Shown: in pieces, positions 45,348 through 54,894 of the stretch | Layout of the letters: each line of letters starts with the position of its first letter | How positions within the stretch are numbered: the first letter of the stretch is position 1 | Assembly (NCBI GenBank): GCA_016198755.1 | Contig: JACQIB010000004.1 | Coordinates: 170,913-234,912, forward strand | Source of the DNA: Candidatus Aenigmatarchaeota archaeon | Lineage (GTDB): Archaea; Aenigmatarchaeota; Aenigmatarchaeia; Aenigmatarchaeales; JACQIB01 | Length of the DNA: 64,000 nucleotides | Direction of reading: 5' to 3' | Program-made: the position numbers and the translations under genes | Notes under the pieces: generated by a model | What the model saw: only the letters and a program-made list of their open reading frames with translations | Told to the model about the DNA's origin: nothing | Database searches by the model: none

Positions 45348-48300
45348 ATGTCAAAAAAACTCTCGCCTGCATCTGTTATCGTTGCTGTATTAATTGTTGC
45401 CGTTATTTTCCTGACATTTAGTGGGAATATTGTACTACATGCAGTAACTCCGGGACAGAATGTAACAGTCTGCGACGTGATAAATGCAGCAGGGAACTAC
45501 TATATGAATGCCAGTATAGGAAATAGCGGTTCTTCCACCTGCGTAGATATAACCCAGGGCAATGTGCTCTTGGACTGCAGGGGATTTGCAATAGATGGAA
45601 TCGATACTTCTGGCACAAACGGCATAAGAGCAGCAGCCACCAACAATGTAACAATAACAAACTGCACAGTTTCAGACTGGGGAACAGGAATAGACCTGTT
45701 AGATGTAAAAAACGGGACTGTAACAAATGTTACAGCAAGCTCAAACGGAAACGGTATATATATAGCTACGCTCGGTCCTGGATCACATAGCATTTTGGTT
45801 GAAAATTCTACTCTGAACTCAAATGTGGATGGTGTACATATAGAATCTGCACATAATGTTACAATAGCCAACAGCACTGTTTTTTCTAACACCGGCTATG
45901 GAATATATGATTTTGCAGGCAATAACACAACGATATTCAACAATACCATAAGCTTCTCTGCTCTGGATGGAATAGCCATTTTTGCCAATATAACAAACAT
46001 AACAAACAACACAATAAACTCCAACACAAGATACGGCATAAACATAACTACCACATCAGATACAAACGCTAGCATTATGGGTATGAATTTTATAAAAAAT
46101 AACACAAAAGCCGGCATACGTGCCTATGGATACGGTTACTATATAATTAACAACACTCTGCTATCAAATGGATGGGATGGCATAGAAGCGTATATAAACA
46201 CTAGTGCTGTATTGAACAATACAATAACCTCAAATTTCTACAGCGGAATTTTTCTCAATGCTTCCTATAACACAACAATACAAAACAATACATTGGCCTC
46301 TAATTCACAGGCAGGCCTGAATACCACAGACTCTAGGAACAATACAATAAGGGGAAACATTATAAAATCCAATTCCGCGGGCGGGGTTTTCCTGAACTTC
46401 TCTTCTAACAGCAGCATGGAAGGCAATATGATATTTTCCAATTCGGCGTCAGGCATACAATTTATATTCAACAGCACAAACAACACTGTTGTAAACAATA
46501 CAATACAGCTTAGCGGCCAGAATGGCATTTATATTTTAGGCAATTCCACGAACAACTCTGTGATAAACACACTGTTGCTACAAAACAGTATAGATGCCAT
46601 AAGAATAGAATCTGTTAGCAATTACACAAACATAACAGGCAACTTTATATCAGGCAACAACCGCGGCATTTATATTACAAATACAGGCGGAACAAGGCTG
46701 CATAACAATACTATGAGCTCAGATGGCACCGGAATGTATATACAAAACTCTGGGGGAGTAAACATGACAAACAACAGCATATCCAGTCTGAATGCAAGAT
46801 TTGATGTGAGAGGATCTGTTGTTGCCGATTTTGACAACTGGATAGACACCAGCAATAATATAGATTTCAACCCGATATACTACTGGGTAAGGCAGTATAA
46901 CCAGACAATGGATTCTGCTACAAATGCTGCCTATATAGCTGTGGTAAGCAGCAGCAACATAACTGTCAGAAATATTAACCTAAAAAATAATGCTCAGGGA
47001 ATTGTATTTGTAAATGCTTCAGATTCCATAATAAACAACACTAACACAACGTCCAGCAGCCAGTATGCGATATATATCCACCTCTCAAACAACAATAGTA
47101 TTGGAAATCTGTCTGCCGGTTCTAACAGCTTAGCTGATGGCATCTATATGTCAAACTCGACAAACAACACTATTAAAAATATAACAATAAACAGCAATTC
47201 GCGGGGAATGAATATTTATTATTCAAACAATAACACAATTTATAACAATACATTCAACTCTAACTCAGGCACCGGCGTAGACTTGGAAACTTCACATAAC
47301 AACACTGTATCAAACAACACTATACGTTCGGGTGGCGGCCATGGTATAATACTTGGTGGAGCGAGTAACAATACTGTCTCAAAAAATATTATCAGCCTTG
47401 TTAGAAACAGTGGTATACTTCTGCAGGTCTTCAGCAACGGCAATTATATAATAAACAATACACTTTCGAACAACACGCAGGAAGGGATTTTAATGACACA
47501 ATCCAACAACAATACTGTTAATAACAACACTATATCATCTAATATGCAAAACGGTATATACATAACTGGTGTGAATACTGTCGGACTGAATAGTATCAAC
47601 AACAGCATCAACTATAACACCATATTTTACAATGGTAACAACGGAATTTATGCAGATACTGCCAGTGATAATAACAGTTTTACAAACAGCACGGTCTCCC
47701 ACAATATCCTGAGTGGCATAAACCTTAGCCAGTCCAGTAATAATACTTTCCACAACATAATTCTCTCCAACAACACTCTATGGGACTTCTTTTCTGACAG
47801 CAATTCCATGAATAACAGCGCAACTTCAATGGCAGTTGGCTCGACAACATTAAGCTTTAGTGGAAGAGATATTGGTTTAAAGAACTCCAGCTCACCTGCT
47901 TCATCCCCTAGCGGATATACAGCTCTTGGCAAGTATGTTAATTTGAGCAATGCTACAACTTCCTCATGGTCTATATTGAACTTTTCCTATTCTGACTCTG
48001 ACATATCGGGCCTGACAGAAGGGAGTGCTATAATAGGTAGATATACTGAAAGTGCATGGGGAACTAATGTTTCTGCTTTTTCCTCGGGAGTTACAATAAA
48101 CACTGCAAACAATTACATATATACAAATGTAAGCAACTTCAGCATCTTCGGTGCGTTTGCCCCCACTACTACCACTACTCCGTCTTCCCCGTCATCTACG
48201 AGCAGCGGGGGTGGAGGAGGTGGTGGATACAGCCCTTACGTACCATCTTATGATATAAAAGTGCATGCCAGTGAAACTGTTTTTAAGCTGGAAAAGAACC

Positions 48301-48821
48301 AAAATAAAACAATAACAGTAACTTTGGAAAATAATGGTACAGATAATCTTACAGGCATAATTGTAAGGCTCATTGGGATTAACAATGCAACATATAGGGT
48401 AAATGGGCTGCCTGATTCTCTAAATGTAAATGAAAGTGTTGTCTTCACAATTACATTTACCTCAGCAGAAGAAGCGTACAATGTAAAGAGATTATTTATA
48501 AACACAACGCAGGGTGTGCATACTGAACTGTCCCTTTCAATAACACCTGATGGTGCAACAACAACCCTGCAAAAGCAGTGCTCTGTCTGCCCTGCTGTCG
48601 GGGAATTCGGTATATGTGAAAACTTCAAACAACAACGCACAATATACAAGTGCGGTCCTGATACAGACTATGTTTGCAAAGCAAATATAGAGGAAAGTGC
48701 ATGTATACCACTAACTCCAGAGGAAAGGAAATCTGTTTCTGTTATAGCCATACTATCGATATTCTCTATAGTAATACTATTCAAACTTAAAGTACACGCT
48801 ATAAGTTCCTTTGTAAAATAA
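45348..48821 (+). CDS. Giant surface protein (about 1,157 aa): signal/anchor, many parallel beta-helix (PbH1/NosD-like) repeats, an extremely high density of N-x-S/T sequons, a Cys-rich C-terminal module and a C-terminal TM helix
   Basis: Repeating 22-25-aa units (xNNTIxxNxxxGIxxxxSxN). C-terminal CSVCPAVGEFGICENF...C.C plus SVIAILSIFSIVILFKL. TATA-like ccttaaatag about 27 nt upstream of ATG 45348. The tracked GTG at 45309 is unlikely to be the start. Confidence 0.75.
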   Translation: MSKKLSPASVIVAVLIVAVIFLTFSGNIVLHAVTPGQNVTVCDVINAAGNYYMNASIGNSGSSTCVDITQGNVLLDCRGFAIDGIDTSGTNGIRAAATNNVTITNCTVSDWGTGIDLLDVKNGTVTNVTASSNGNGIYIATLGPGSHSILVENSTLNSNVDGVHIESAHNVTIANSTVFSNTGYGIYDFAGNNTTIFNNTISFSALDGIAIFANITNITNNTINSNTRYGINITTTSDTNASIMGMNFIKNNTKAGIRAYGYGYYIINNTLLSNGWDGIEAYINTSAVLNNTITSNFYSGIFLNASYNTTIQNNTLASNSQAGLNTTDSRNNTIRGNIIKSNSAGGVFLNFSSNSSMEGNMIFSNSASGIQFIFNSTNNTVVNNTIQLSGQNGIYILGNSTNNSVINTLLLQNSIDAIRIESVSNYTNITGNFISGNNRGIYITNTGGTRLHNNTMSSDGTGMYIQNSGGVNMTNNSISSLNARFDVRGSVVADFDNWIDTSNNIDFNPIYYWVRQYNQTMDSATNAAYIAVVSSSNITVRNINLKNNAQGIVFVNASDSIINNTNTTSSSQYAIYIHLSNNNSIGNLSAGSNSLADGIYMSNSTNNTIKNITINSNSRGMNIYYSNNNTIYNNTFNSNSGTGVDLETSHNNTVSNNTIRSGGGHGIILGGASNNTVSKNIISLVRNSGILLQVFSNGNYIINNTLSNNTQEGILMTQSNNNTVNNNTISSNMQNGIYITGVNTVGLNSINNSINYNTIFYNGNNGIYADTASDNNSFTNSTVSHNILSGINLSQSSNNTFHNIILSNNTLWDFFSDSNSMNNSATSMAVGSTTLSFSGRDIGLKNSSSPASSPSGYTALGKYVNLSNATTSSWSILNFSYSDSDISGLTEGSAIIGRYTESAWGTNVSAFSSGVTINTANNYIYTNVSNFSIFGAFAPTTTTTPSSPSSTSSGGGGGGGYSPYVPSYDIKVHASETVFKLEKNQNKTITVTLENNGTDNLTGIIVRLIGINNATYRVNGLPDSLNVNESVVFTITFTSAEEAYNVKRLFINTTQGVHTELSLSITPDGATTTLQKQCSVCPAVGEFGICENFKQQRTIYKCGPDTDYVCKANIEESACIPLTPEERKSVSVIAILSIFSIVILFKLKVHAISSFVK

Positions 48822-48853
48822 TGCTAAAATAACAATCAAAGAATGATATAATA

Positions 48854-48914
48854 CTGCAGAATACCTGCGGCATCTATAAGCTTGCGCAGCTCAAAGAACT
48901 CTGCATCCGGAAAC
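48854..48914. repeat. Copy 2 of the 61-bp perfect direct repeat
   Basis: Exact duplicate of 45127-45187, located between the beta-helix protein gene and the LmbE-like gene. Confidence 0.95.
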
Positions 48915-48953
48915 AAAAGAGTATTTATATGCAGGTTTTGTATAAGTGTATTC

Positions 48954-50144
48954 ATGCCAGAGAAATACCATGTAAAACTGCTTATACTTGCATTGTCTAT
49001 ATCCATAGCAATTAATCTAGTCAGTGCTTCACATTGGATTTATATTACTAGTGCAGAAATACTAGCTGGCCCCCCAAACTCCACGCTAGATGTTGAACAT
49101 ATAGTAGACAATAACTTCCATTTGGATTATAGCAATAGCACATGCGTAAACACGCATTTTTATATTGTTGCTCACATAGACGATGACTTCACTTTTTTGA
49201 ACCCAGATGAAGCAATAGATTTACAGAAAACAAATGACAATATAGTAATAATGTACCTGACTGCAGGGGACAAGGGAAGCGTATACCCAGACCCTGCAAC
49301 AAGCAAGTTTTTTTGGCAGTCAAGGGAACTGGGAGGCCAGAAGGTAATTGAAACTCTTTTAACTGAAGCAAATAAGTCATGGACAAAAATAAATGTCACA
49401 AGTATTATAGATGTGGGGGGGGCAAACAAAACATTATACAACATAAGATACACATCTGGGAAGAGGAATATCTATGTATACTACTTCAGGCTTCCTGATG
49501 GTTTCCCAAATGGATGCGGCAGGATAAACAACGGGTTCAATTCATTGCAAAAGTTGTATATAGGTGGTAACAATTCTATAGATAGATGCAGCTCAACTGG
49601 AACATATAGCATAAATACAGTAAAATCCTGCGACCCGGAAAGACCAAATGAATACTGCACAACGTGGAAAAAAGAGGAACTTACAACAGCAATAACCAGC
49701 ATACTTAACTATAATTCAGCTCCTCAAGCATGCGATAATATAGTAAATATTCCACATCCATTTGAAGATGAATGCTGGGCCCCTAATAATAAGCCTTATG
49801 CACATGCTGACCATGAATATACAGGCAAATTTGCATTCGATGCCTACAATAACTTTTACAAAAACCATAATAACACTCACTATGCTGCCTATAGAACTGA
49901 CACACTTGCATTCGTGCAACGCAATGTCACTAAACGGCAGAGGGATGCTGATTACTTGCTGTTTTGGAATGTTTATGCACCAGAAGTGCTTAAAAACTGG
50001 CCAAAATATGTGGATGATGAGGAGTATAAGAGCAGCGGCAGGATTTTTGAAACCTTCTACCTAAAGCAATGGAAAGCTGTTGATACTGTTTCATGCAATG
50101 CTCTACCATATCCCAATCTGGAAAATAACCCAGTATCAAAATAA
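48954..50144 (+). CDS. Membrane-anchored PIG-L/LmbE-family N-acetylglucosaminyl deacetylase-like protein
   Basis: IVAHIDDDF (the AHPDDE-like metal-binding motif) and HADHEY (the HxDH-like motif); N-terminal TM anchor KLLILALSISIAINLVSA. The tracked TTG at 48882 lies inside the direct repeat and is probably spurious. Confidence 0.55.
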   Translation: MPEKYHVKLLILALSISIAINLVSASHWIYITSAEILAGPPNSTLDVEHIVDNNFHLDYSNSTCVNTHFYIVAHIDDDFTFLNPDEAIDLQKTNDNIVIMYLTAGDKGSVYPDPATSKFFWQSRELGGQKVIETLLTEANKSWTKINVTSIIDVGGANKTLYNIRYTSGKRNIYVYYFRLPDGFPNGCGRINNGFNSLQKLYIGGNNSIDRCSSTGTYSINTVKSCDPERPNEYCTTWKKEELTTAITSILNYNSAPQACDNIVNIPHPFEDECWAPNNKPYAHADHEYTGKFAFDAYNNFYKNHNNTHYAAYRTDTLAFVQRNVTKRQRDADYLLFWNVYAPEVLKNWPKYVDDEEYKSSGRIFETFYLKQWKAVDTVSCNALPYPNLENNPVSK

Positions 50145-50213
50145 CAAAAGATATCCATGGAAGTTATAACTATAATACTTTGGTTTTTATACTTAATGCA
50201 TAAAGCTTCTCTT

Positions 50214-51212
50214 ATGATTGAAATTGATGGAAATGATGCTGGAGGGCAGCTTGTCAGAACCGCTGTTTCTCTGAGCGCCATAACAGGAAAGGCTTTTAGG
50301 ATTGTTAACATACGCGGGGCGCGACCCCAGCCTGGACTGAAAGCACAGCATATGGAAGGTATTGGAACTGTGGCAGAACTCTGTTCTGCAAAAGTTTCGG
50401 GGTTGGAGTTAGGCTCAAAAGAGCTGGAATTTATTCCTGGAAAGCTGGAACCAAAAAATTTGGAGGTTAAAATCTCTACAGCAGGTTCAATTGGATTAGT
50501 TTTGCAGTCTCTGTTAATTGATGCAACAAAGTTTGAAAAGCCTATTAATGTTAAGTTTTCAGGCGGTGGAACATGGGGAAAGTGGGCCCCACCCATGCTT
50601 TATCTGGAAAAGGTTTTTCTGCCCTGCTTATGTTCAGGTTTAAAAACAAAAGTTAAGAGAGAAGGTTTCTATCCTCGTGGTGGGGCAGAAGTAGAGGTTG
50701 AAATAACTCCAATTAAAGTAAAATCTATAGAGATTCTGGAGCATGGAAAGCTGCTGGAACTGAATATTTTCTCTGTTGCTGCCCAATTGGAAGGGAAAAA
50801 AGTAGCTGAGAGGCAGGCTGAGGCTGCGCGCAGTTTCCTAGAGGAGAGGATTGGGGTAAAGGTTTCTGTGAAAACAACCTATTCTGCAGCAGAAAATCCT
50901 GGCTCTGGTATTTTGATTGTTGGGAAGTGTGAAAATTCAGTGATTGGAGCTGACTCTATTGGAGAGCTAAATGTTCCAGCAGAGGAGGTTGGAAAGAGAG
51001 CTGGAAAGGATTTTTTTAATGAGTTTGCAAACGGGGCTGTAGACAGGCACTGCGCTGACATGCTTTTGCCCTATATTGCTCTGGCTGGAAAGGGAAGAAT
51101 AAAAACATCAGAGATAACCCAGCATATTGTTACCAGCATAGAACTAATAGAAAAGTTTCTGCCTGTAAAGTTTTCGATAGACAGGGAAAAGAAGATTATT
51201 TCTGTGCTATGA
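50214..51212 (+). CDS. rtcA: RNA 3'-terminal phosphate cyclase
   Basis: N-terminus MIEIDGNDAGGQLVRTAVSLSAITGKAFRI is the typical RtcA start. The conserved His-containing adenylylation region is consistent with RtcA (...GSGILIVGKCENSVIGADSIGE...DRHCADML). Confidence 0.8.
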   Translation: MIEIDGNDAGGQLVRTAVSLSAITGKAFRIVNIRGARPQPGLKAQHMEGIGTVAELCSAKVSGLELGSKELEFIPGKLEPKNLEVKISTAGSIGLVLQSLLIDATKFEKPINVKFSGGGTWGKWAPPMLYLEKVFLPCLCSGLKTKVKREGFYPRGGAEVEVEITPIKVKSIEILEHGKLLELNIFSVAAQLEGKKVAERQAEAARSFLEERIGVKVSVKTTYSAAENPGSGILIVGKCENSVIGADSIGELNVPAEEVGKRAGKDFFNEFANGAVDRHCADMLLPYIALAGKGRIKTSEITQHIVTSIELIEKFLPVKFSIDREKKIISVL

Positions 51213-51240
51213 AAGCTATTTAAAGTTTTCTTACTGTTTA

Positions 51241-52218
51241 TTGAACATGGAACTGTCAAGAGAATTCCAAAGACCTGCAACTGTAAAACATTTTATAGGG
51301 AAGGACGATATAACAGGCTTACAGGATGCAGTGAGAGGGAGATATGTTGGCATAACGCCTCCTCTCGGTAAACCTAAAACCGGAGCTTTTGCAATGGGAA
51401 GGTTAACAGGAAGAATTAATTCTTGGGAAGGAAATGTGGATTTAGGGCTTACTGATGGCTATCAAATTAGATGGAAAGATGGTAAGTACATTATTGAATC
51501 TCTTGCATCTGGTGTAAAAGTACCTGAAACTTCTATTCTGTATACAGATAGCACGCTTTACAGGCAGAATACTGCCCGCTTTTTGAGGGGATATGCTATT
51601 GGGAGAAGGTTTAACGAACAAATGGAAAGGGAAGAATTTGGCTGGACTTCAGAAAAAAAGAGAGTGGTTTTCCTTGGAGGAGTACATGGAGTTGGAAAAG
51701 GGACAGCACTCTCTAAAGCAGATACAAAAGGTCTGGTAGTTAAAGGGTTCAGCGATGTAATGAAAGGGCTAATTGCTGGTGAAAGTAAAGATTCACTTAA
51801 CAAAAAAAGCTATGAAGAAAGGAGAATAATGGTTGAAGGTGTATACAATATTTTGCTGGATATAGGATCTCCGGGTGTTATTATTGACAGCCACTTTACA
51901 ATGCCTATTAGAGATCCGCAGGGAATTGGAGTTGAAAGATGGGAGGTTGGACTGCCTGCACGCTATATACCGTATGTAACAGATTTTGTTGTGGTTACAG
52001 CTGATGAATCTCAGGTTTATTCCAGAAGGGCTGGAGATCCAGCTGGCAGGAGAATAACAACAAGACATTTAATTTCTGAGGAACTTGCAAACGAACTAAG
52101 CGGCGGAAGAGCAGCTGCAGGCCTTTCAGGCAGGTCACTGGTTGTTGTGGACAATAATCAAACTCCGGAAGAAGCCGGAGCACAGCTAACTGAAATATTT
52201 GCCTCTGCAGCAGACTAA
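51241..52218 (+). CDS. P-loop NTPase/kinase-like protein (Walker A GGVHGVGKGT) with a roughly 130-aa N-terminal domain
   Basis: Walker A VVFLGGVHGVGKGTALSK; Walker B-like VIIDSHF; 325 aa. Confidence 0.5.
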   Translation: MNMELSREFQRPATVKHFIGKDDITGLQDAVRGRYVGITPPLGKPKTGAFAMGRLTGRINSWEGNVDLGLTDGYQIRWKDGKYIIESLASGVKVPETSILYTDSTLYRQNTARFLRGYAIGRRFNEQMEREEFGWTSEKKRVVFLGGVHGVGKGTALSKADTKGLVVKGFSDVMKGLIAGESKDSLNKKSYEERRIMVEGVYNILLDIGSPGVIIDSHFTMPIRDPQGIGVERWEVGLPARYIPYVTDFVVVTADESQVYSRRAGDPAGRRITTRHLISEELANELSGGRAAAGLSGRSLVVVDNNQTPEEAGAQLTEIFASAAD

Positions 52219-52243
52219 GTTTGGTTTATTTTAGAAAATAGTT

Positions 52244-52427
52244 TGGTGCGGGAGGCAAGATTTTCAGCCCTTTTGGGGTTTGCAAAGACCTTTTCGGAAA
52301 AGGGATTTGCTTTGAACTTGCGTAGGGACTAACCCACTAGGTTTCTCATGCAGGTCTCTGAGCAACGCCTGCTCCTAAGCTTCGCTTAAATCATCTAGCG
52401 CCTTTGACCTGGCTGGGCCACTCCCGC
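52244..52427 (-). tRNA. Type II tRNA (Leu; anticodon TAG or GAG depending on intron parse) with at least two introns: one or two in the anticodon arm (about 44 nt total) and about 48 nt in the T-loop; CCA encoded
   Basis: Acceptor GCGGGAG/CTCCCGC with A73 plus CCA. D-arm TGGCCCAGCCAGGTCAAAGGCG is Leu-like. Long variable arm GGGTTAGTCCC. T-arm GCAAG-TTCAAAG[intron]-CTTGC. A CTTAGGA anticodon-loop-like heptamer is present in the interrupted anticodon region. Confidence 0.65.
52268..52317. repeat. 50-nt sequence identical to 24904-24953 (shared tRNA T-loop intron core)
   Basis: Exact match. Confidence 0.9.
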
Positions 52428-52460
52428 AAGAAAAGTATAGGGCAGAAGGTAATAAAAGCC

Positions 52461-52739
52461 TTACTCAGCCTTTCCAGGAGCCAGTTCTTCCCCTGTATCC
52501 ATGTTAATAACCTTAATAACACGCACAGGGCAGCCGTTTGCACCTGCAATAATCCTGTCAATATCATCTGTTTCAATCTCTTTAACCCACTTATCTCCTT
52601 CTACTGTTAGCTTTGTTCCCTCAACTAAATCAGCTTTAGCTTCATTATCATTCATTGCAAAGTTCTCAGAATCAATGGAAACACATGCCCAAGCTGCTAT
52701 GCAGCCTCCTCTATCATACTCTATTCTCAGCTTAACCAT
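52461..52739 (-). CDS. Small ferredoxin-like Cys-containing protein
   Basis: 92 aa; CIAAWAC...GCPV arrangement, suggestive of a single Fe-S or metal site. Confidence 0.35.
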   Translation of the reverse strand: MVKLRIEYDRGGCIAAWACVSIDSENFAMNDNEAKADLVEGTKLTVEGDKWVKEIETDDIDRIIAGANGCPVRVIKVINMDTGEELAPGKAE

Positions 52740-52780
52740 GCGGAAATAAGGGTAGAGAAGGTATAAAAGCGTTTTGCAGC

Positions 52781-53119
52781 TTAGGTTTTATTCTCTCTCA
52801 GCTCTCCCAAAACCTTTTCCAGATCCTGTTTTGTAAGCCCAAATCCTGGTATTCCATTTGCACGGGAGGTTTCTTTCCCTTCATTGAAAGCTACTATTGT
52901 AGGCAAAACGTCGACAGATATTGTATTATATAGGGGGTCATCTGGATCATCCAAAAAACACTGTGAAAACTTCAGGTTAGGATTCTCTTTTTCAGCCTTT
53001 TCAAACAAAGGAAAAAAAACCTTGCAAAAGCCGCACCAGTGTGCTGTAAACAAAACAATTGTTTTTTCTTTTTGCTTTATCTCTGTGCCTGAAAAATCTG
53101 CTTCTGAAAGGGTTATCAT
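52781..53119 (-). CDS. trx: Thioredoxin
   Basis: WCGFCK active site; 112 aa. Confidence 0.85.
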   Translation of the reverse strand: MITLSEADFSGTEIKQKEKTIVLFTAHWCGFCKVFFPLFEKAEKENPNLKFSQCFLDDPDDPLYNTISVDVLPTIVAFNEGKETSRANGIPGFGLTKQDLEKVLGELRENKT

Positions 53120-53156
53120 GTGAGAAGTTATGATATAAACAAGATAAATATGTGTC

Positions 53157-53927
53157 TCAAATGCTATCTGTAAGATTCTTTATTGTTTCAGCCTTGTCGA
53201 GGAAGCCAATTGAAGGAGAGCCTTTTTGCAGGGCGCGTAATAAAGTTGCCCGCAAAAGCGAATCAAGCGTACCAGAATCTGACCAGAACCCGTCAACTTT
53301 TATTGCTTTCAGCCTTCCCTGTTTTAGGTACCAGTTGTTCACATCAGTTATTTCCAGCTCGCCCCTGCCAGAAGGCTTAAGTGTTTTTATAAAATCAAAA
53401 ACATCTGCCGGGTAAATATACAGACCTGTTACAGCAAAGTTGGATTTTGGTTGGGCAGGCTTTTCCTCTATTTTTAGAATGTTTCCTGAAGAATCAAACA
53501 CAGGTACACCAAAGCGTTGGGGTTTTTTCATCTCTTTCAGGAAGATATAGGCATTGTCATCTGTAAACGCCTCTGGAGGTATGGAAACCCACTCGAAAAT
53601 ATTGTCCCCAAGAATTGTAATAATCTTCCCATTGTTGGAAAAGTTTTCTGTCTGCAGCAGGGCATGGGCTATTCCAAGAGCTCCATCCTGTATCTTGTAT
53701 GTCAGGTTAACTCCGAGATCTGAACCGCTCCCCAAAAACCTCATAAAATCTGCCATATACTCCCCGCCCGTTATAATACAAATATCATTTGCCCCAATAC
53801 TTTTCAGAGTTTCCAGCGGATGTATTATCATTGGGCGATCGAAAACTGGCAGTAAGTGTTTGTTAGTGACCAGTGTTAATGGTCTGAGCCTCGTTCCTTC
53901 ACCGCCTGCTAAAATAACTCCTTTCAT
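53157..53927 (-). CDS. rmlA: Sugar-phosphate nucleotidyltransferase (glucose-1-phosphate thymidylyltransferase-like)
   Basis: N-terminal MKGVILAGGEGTRLRPLT signature. Confidence 0.8.
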   Translation of the reverse strand: MKGVILAGGEGTRLRPLTLVTNKHLLPVFDRPMIIHPLETLKSIGANDICIITGGEYMADFMRFLGSGSDLGVNLTYKIQDGALGIAHALLQTENFSNNGKIITILGDNIFEWVSIPPEAFTDDNAYIFLKEMKKPQRFGVPVFDSSGNILKIEEKPAQPKSNFAVTGLYIYPADVFDFIKTLKPSGRGELEITDVNNWYLKQGRLKAIKVDGFWSDSGTLDSLLRATLLRALQKGSPSIGFLDKAETIKNLTDSI

Positions 53928-54000
53928 ACTATCACCAAAATCATAACATGATCTTATGATATTGTAATGTTTAAATACCTAACGGACCACTGTTCTAGAT

Positions 54001-54894
54001 ATGGAAAAATTGCTGGTTATAGGAGCCGGCGGGCTTTTGGGAGGCAGGGCGTTTGAGCTGGGAAAAGGTAGGTTTGAGGTTTTTGGGACGTATAATTTCC
54101 ATCCTGTAAAGGGGGAAAAAATGTTTCAGATGGATGTCACAAAAAGGCAGGAGGTTTTCAGAATTATTGAGAAAATAAAACCCAATATTATAATAGATAC
54201 ACACGCACTCCATCCTGTAGACTACTGTGAAACACATCCTGAAGAAACTTGGAATATTACAGTAAATGGAACAAAGAATGTTGCGGAAGCCAGTAAAAGA
54301 GTTGGAGCTAAATATGTATTTTTTTCTACTGATTATGTTTTTGACGGAAAAAGGCTTTCATATACAGAAAAAGACAAACCAAATCCCCTGAACTATTATG
54401 GAAAGACAAAATGGGCTGCTGAAATGGTTCTGGAAGCGCTGGGAGTGAATCATATTGTTGCCCGTGCAGCCGTTCTGTATGGCATGGGAGGACATGGAAA
54501 AGTGAGCTTTGTTTCTTGGGTAATTGAAGCACTGAGGAAAGGAGAGAAGATTAATATCGTTACAGATCAACATAACAACCCGACATTTGCTGACAACCTG
54601 ATTCAGATAGTGTTCAAGCTTTACGAGAAGGATTCTGAAGGACTGTTCCATATTACAGGTAAGGAGTGTTTGAGCAGATATGATTTTGCAAAACACATTG
54701 CAAAGGTGTTCGGACTGAACAGCAAGCTTATAGTACCCATAACCACACCGGATTTGGGTCAGATATCAACTAGGCCTGAAAAAATAAATATATCAACTAA
54801 AAAGGTTGAGAGAATATCTGGTATAAAAACGATGGGAATAGATGAGGGATTAAAAACATTAAAAATGCAACTGGAGGAGAATAAAAGTGATTGA
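54001..54894 (+). CDS. rmlD: dTDP-4-dehydrorhamnose reductase
   Basis: GAGGLLG Rossmann motif; FSTDYVFDG signature of RmlD. Confidence 0.8.
   Translation: MEKLLVIGAGGLLGGRAFELGKGRFEVFGTYNFHPVKGEKMFQMDVTKRQEVFRIIEKIKPNIIIDTHALHPVDYCETHPEETWNITVNGTKNVAEASKRVGAKYVFFSTDYVFDGKRLSYTEKDKPNPLNYYGKTKWAAEMVLEALGVNHIVARAAVLYGMGGHGKVSFVSWVIEALRKGEKINIVTDQHNNPTFADNLIQIVFKLYEKDSEGLFHITGKECLSRYDFAKHIAKVFGLNSKLIVPITTPDLGQISTRPEKINISTKKVERISGIKTMGIDEGLKTLKMQLEENKSD

Noticed and set aside
45348-48821. Considered calling the giant beta-helix ORF a phage tailspike or provirus remnant because it is flanked by direct repeats.
   Set aside because: No capsid, terminase, integrase or other viral hallmark genes are adjacent. 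The signal peptide, C-terminal TM anchor and sequon density fit a cellular surface glycoprotein. The direct repeats are reported as an unexplained cassette boundary instead.
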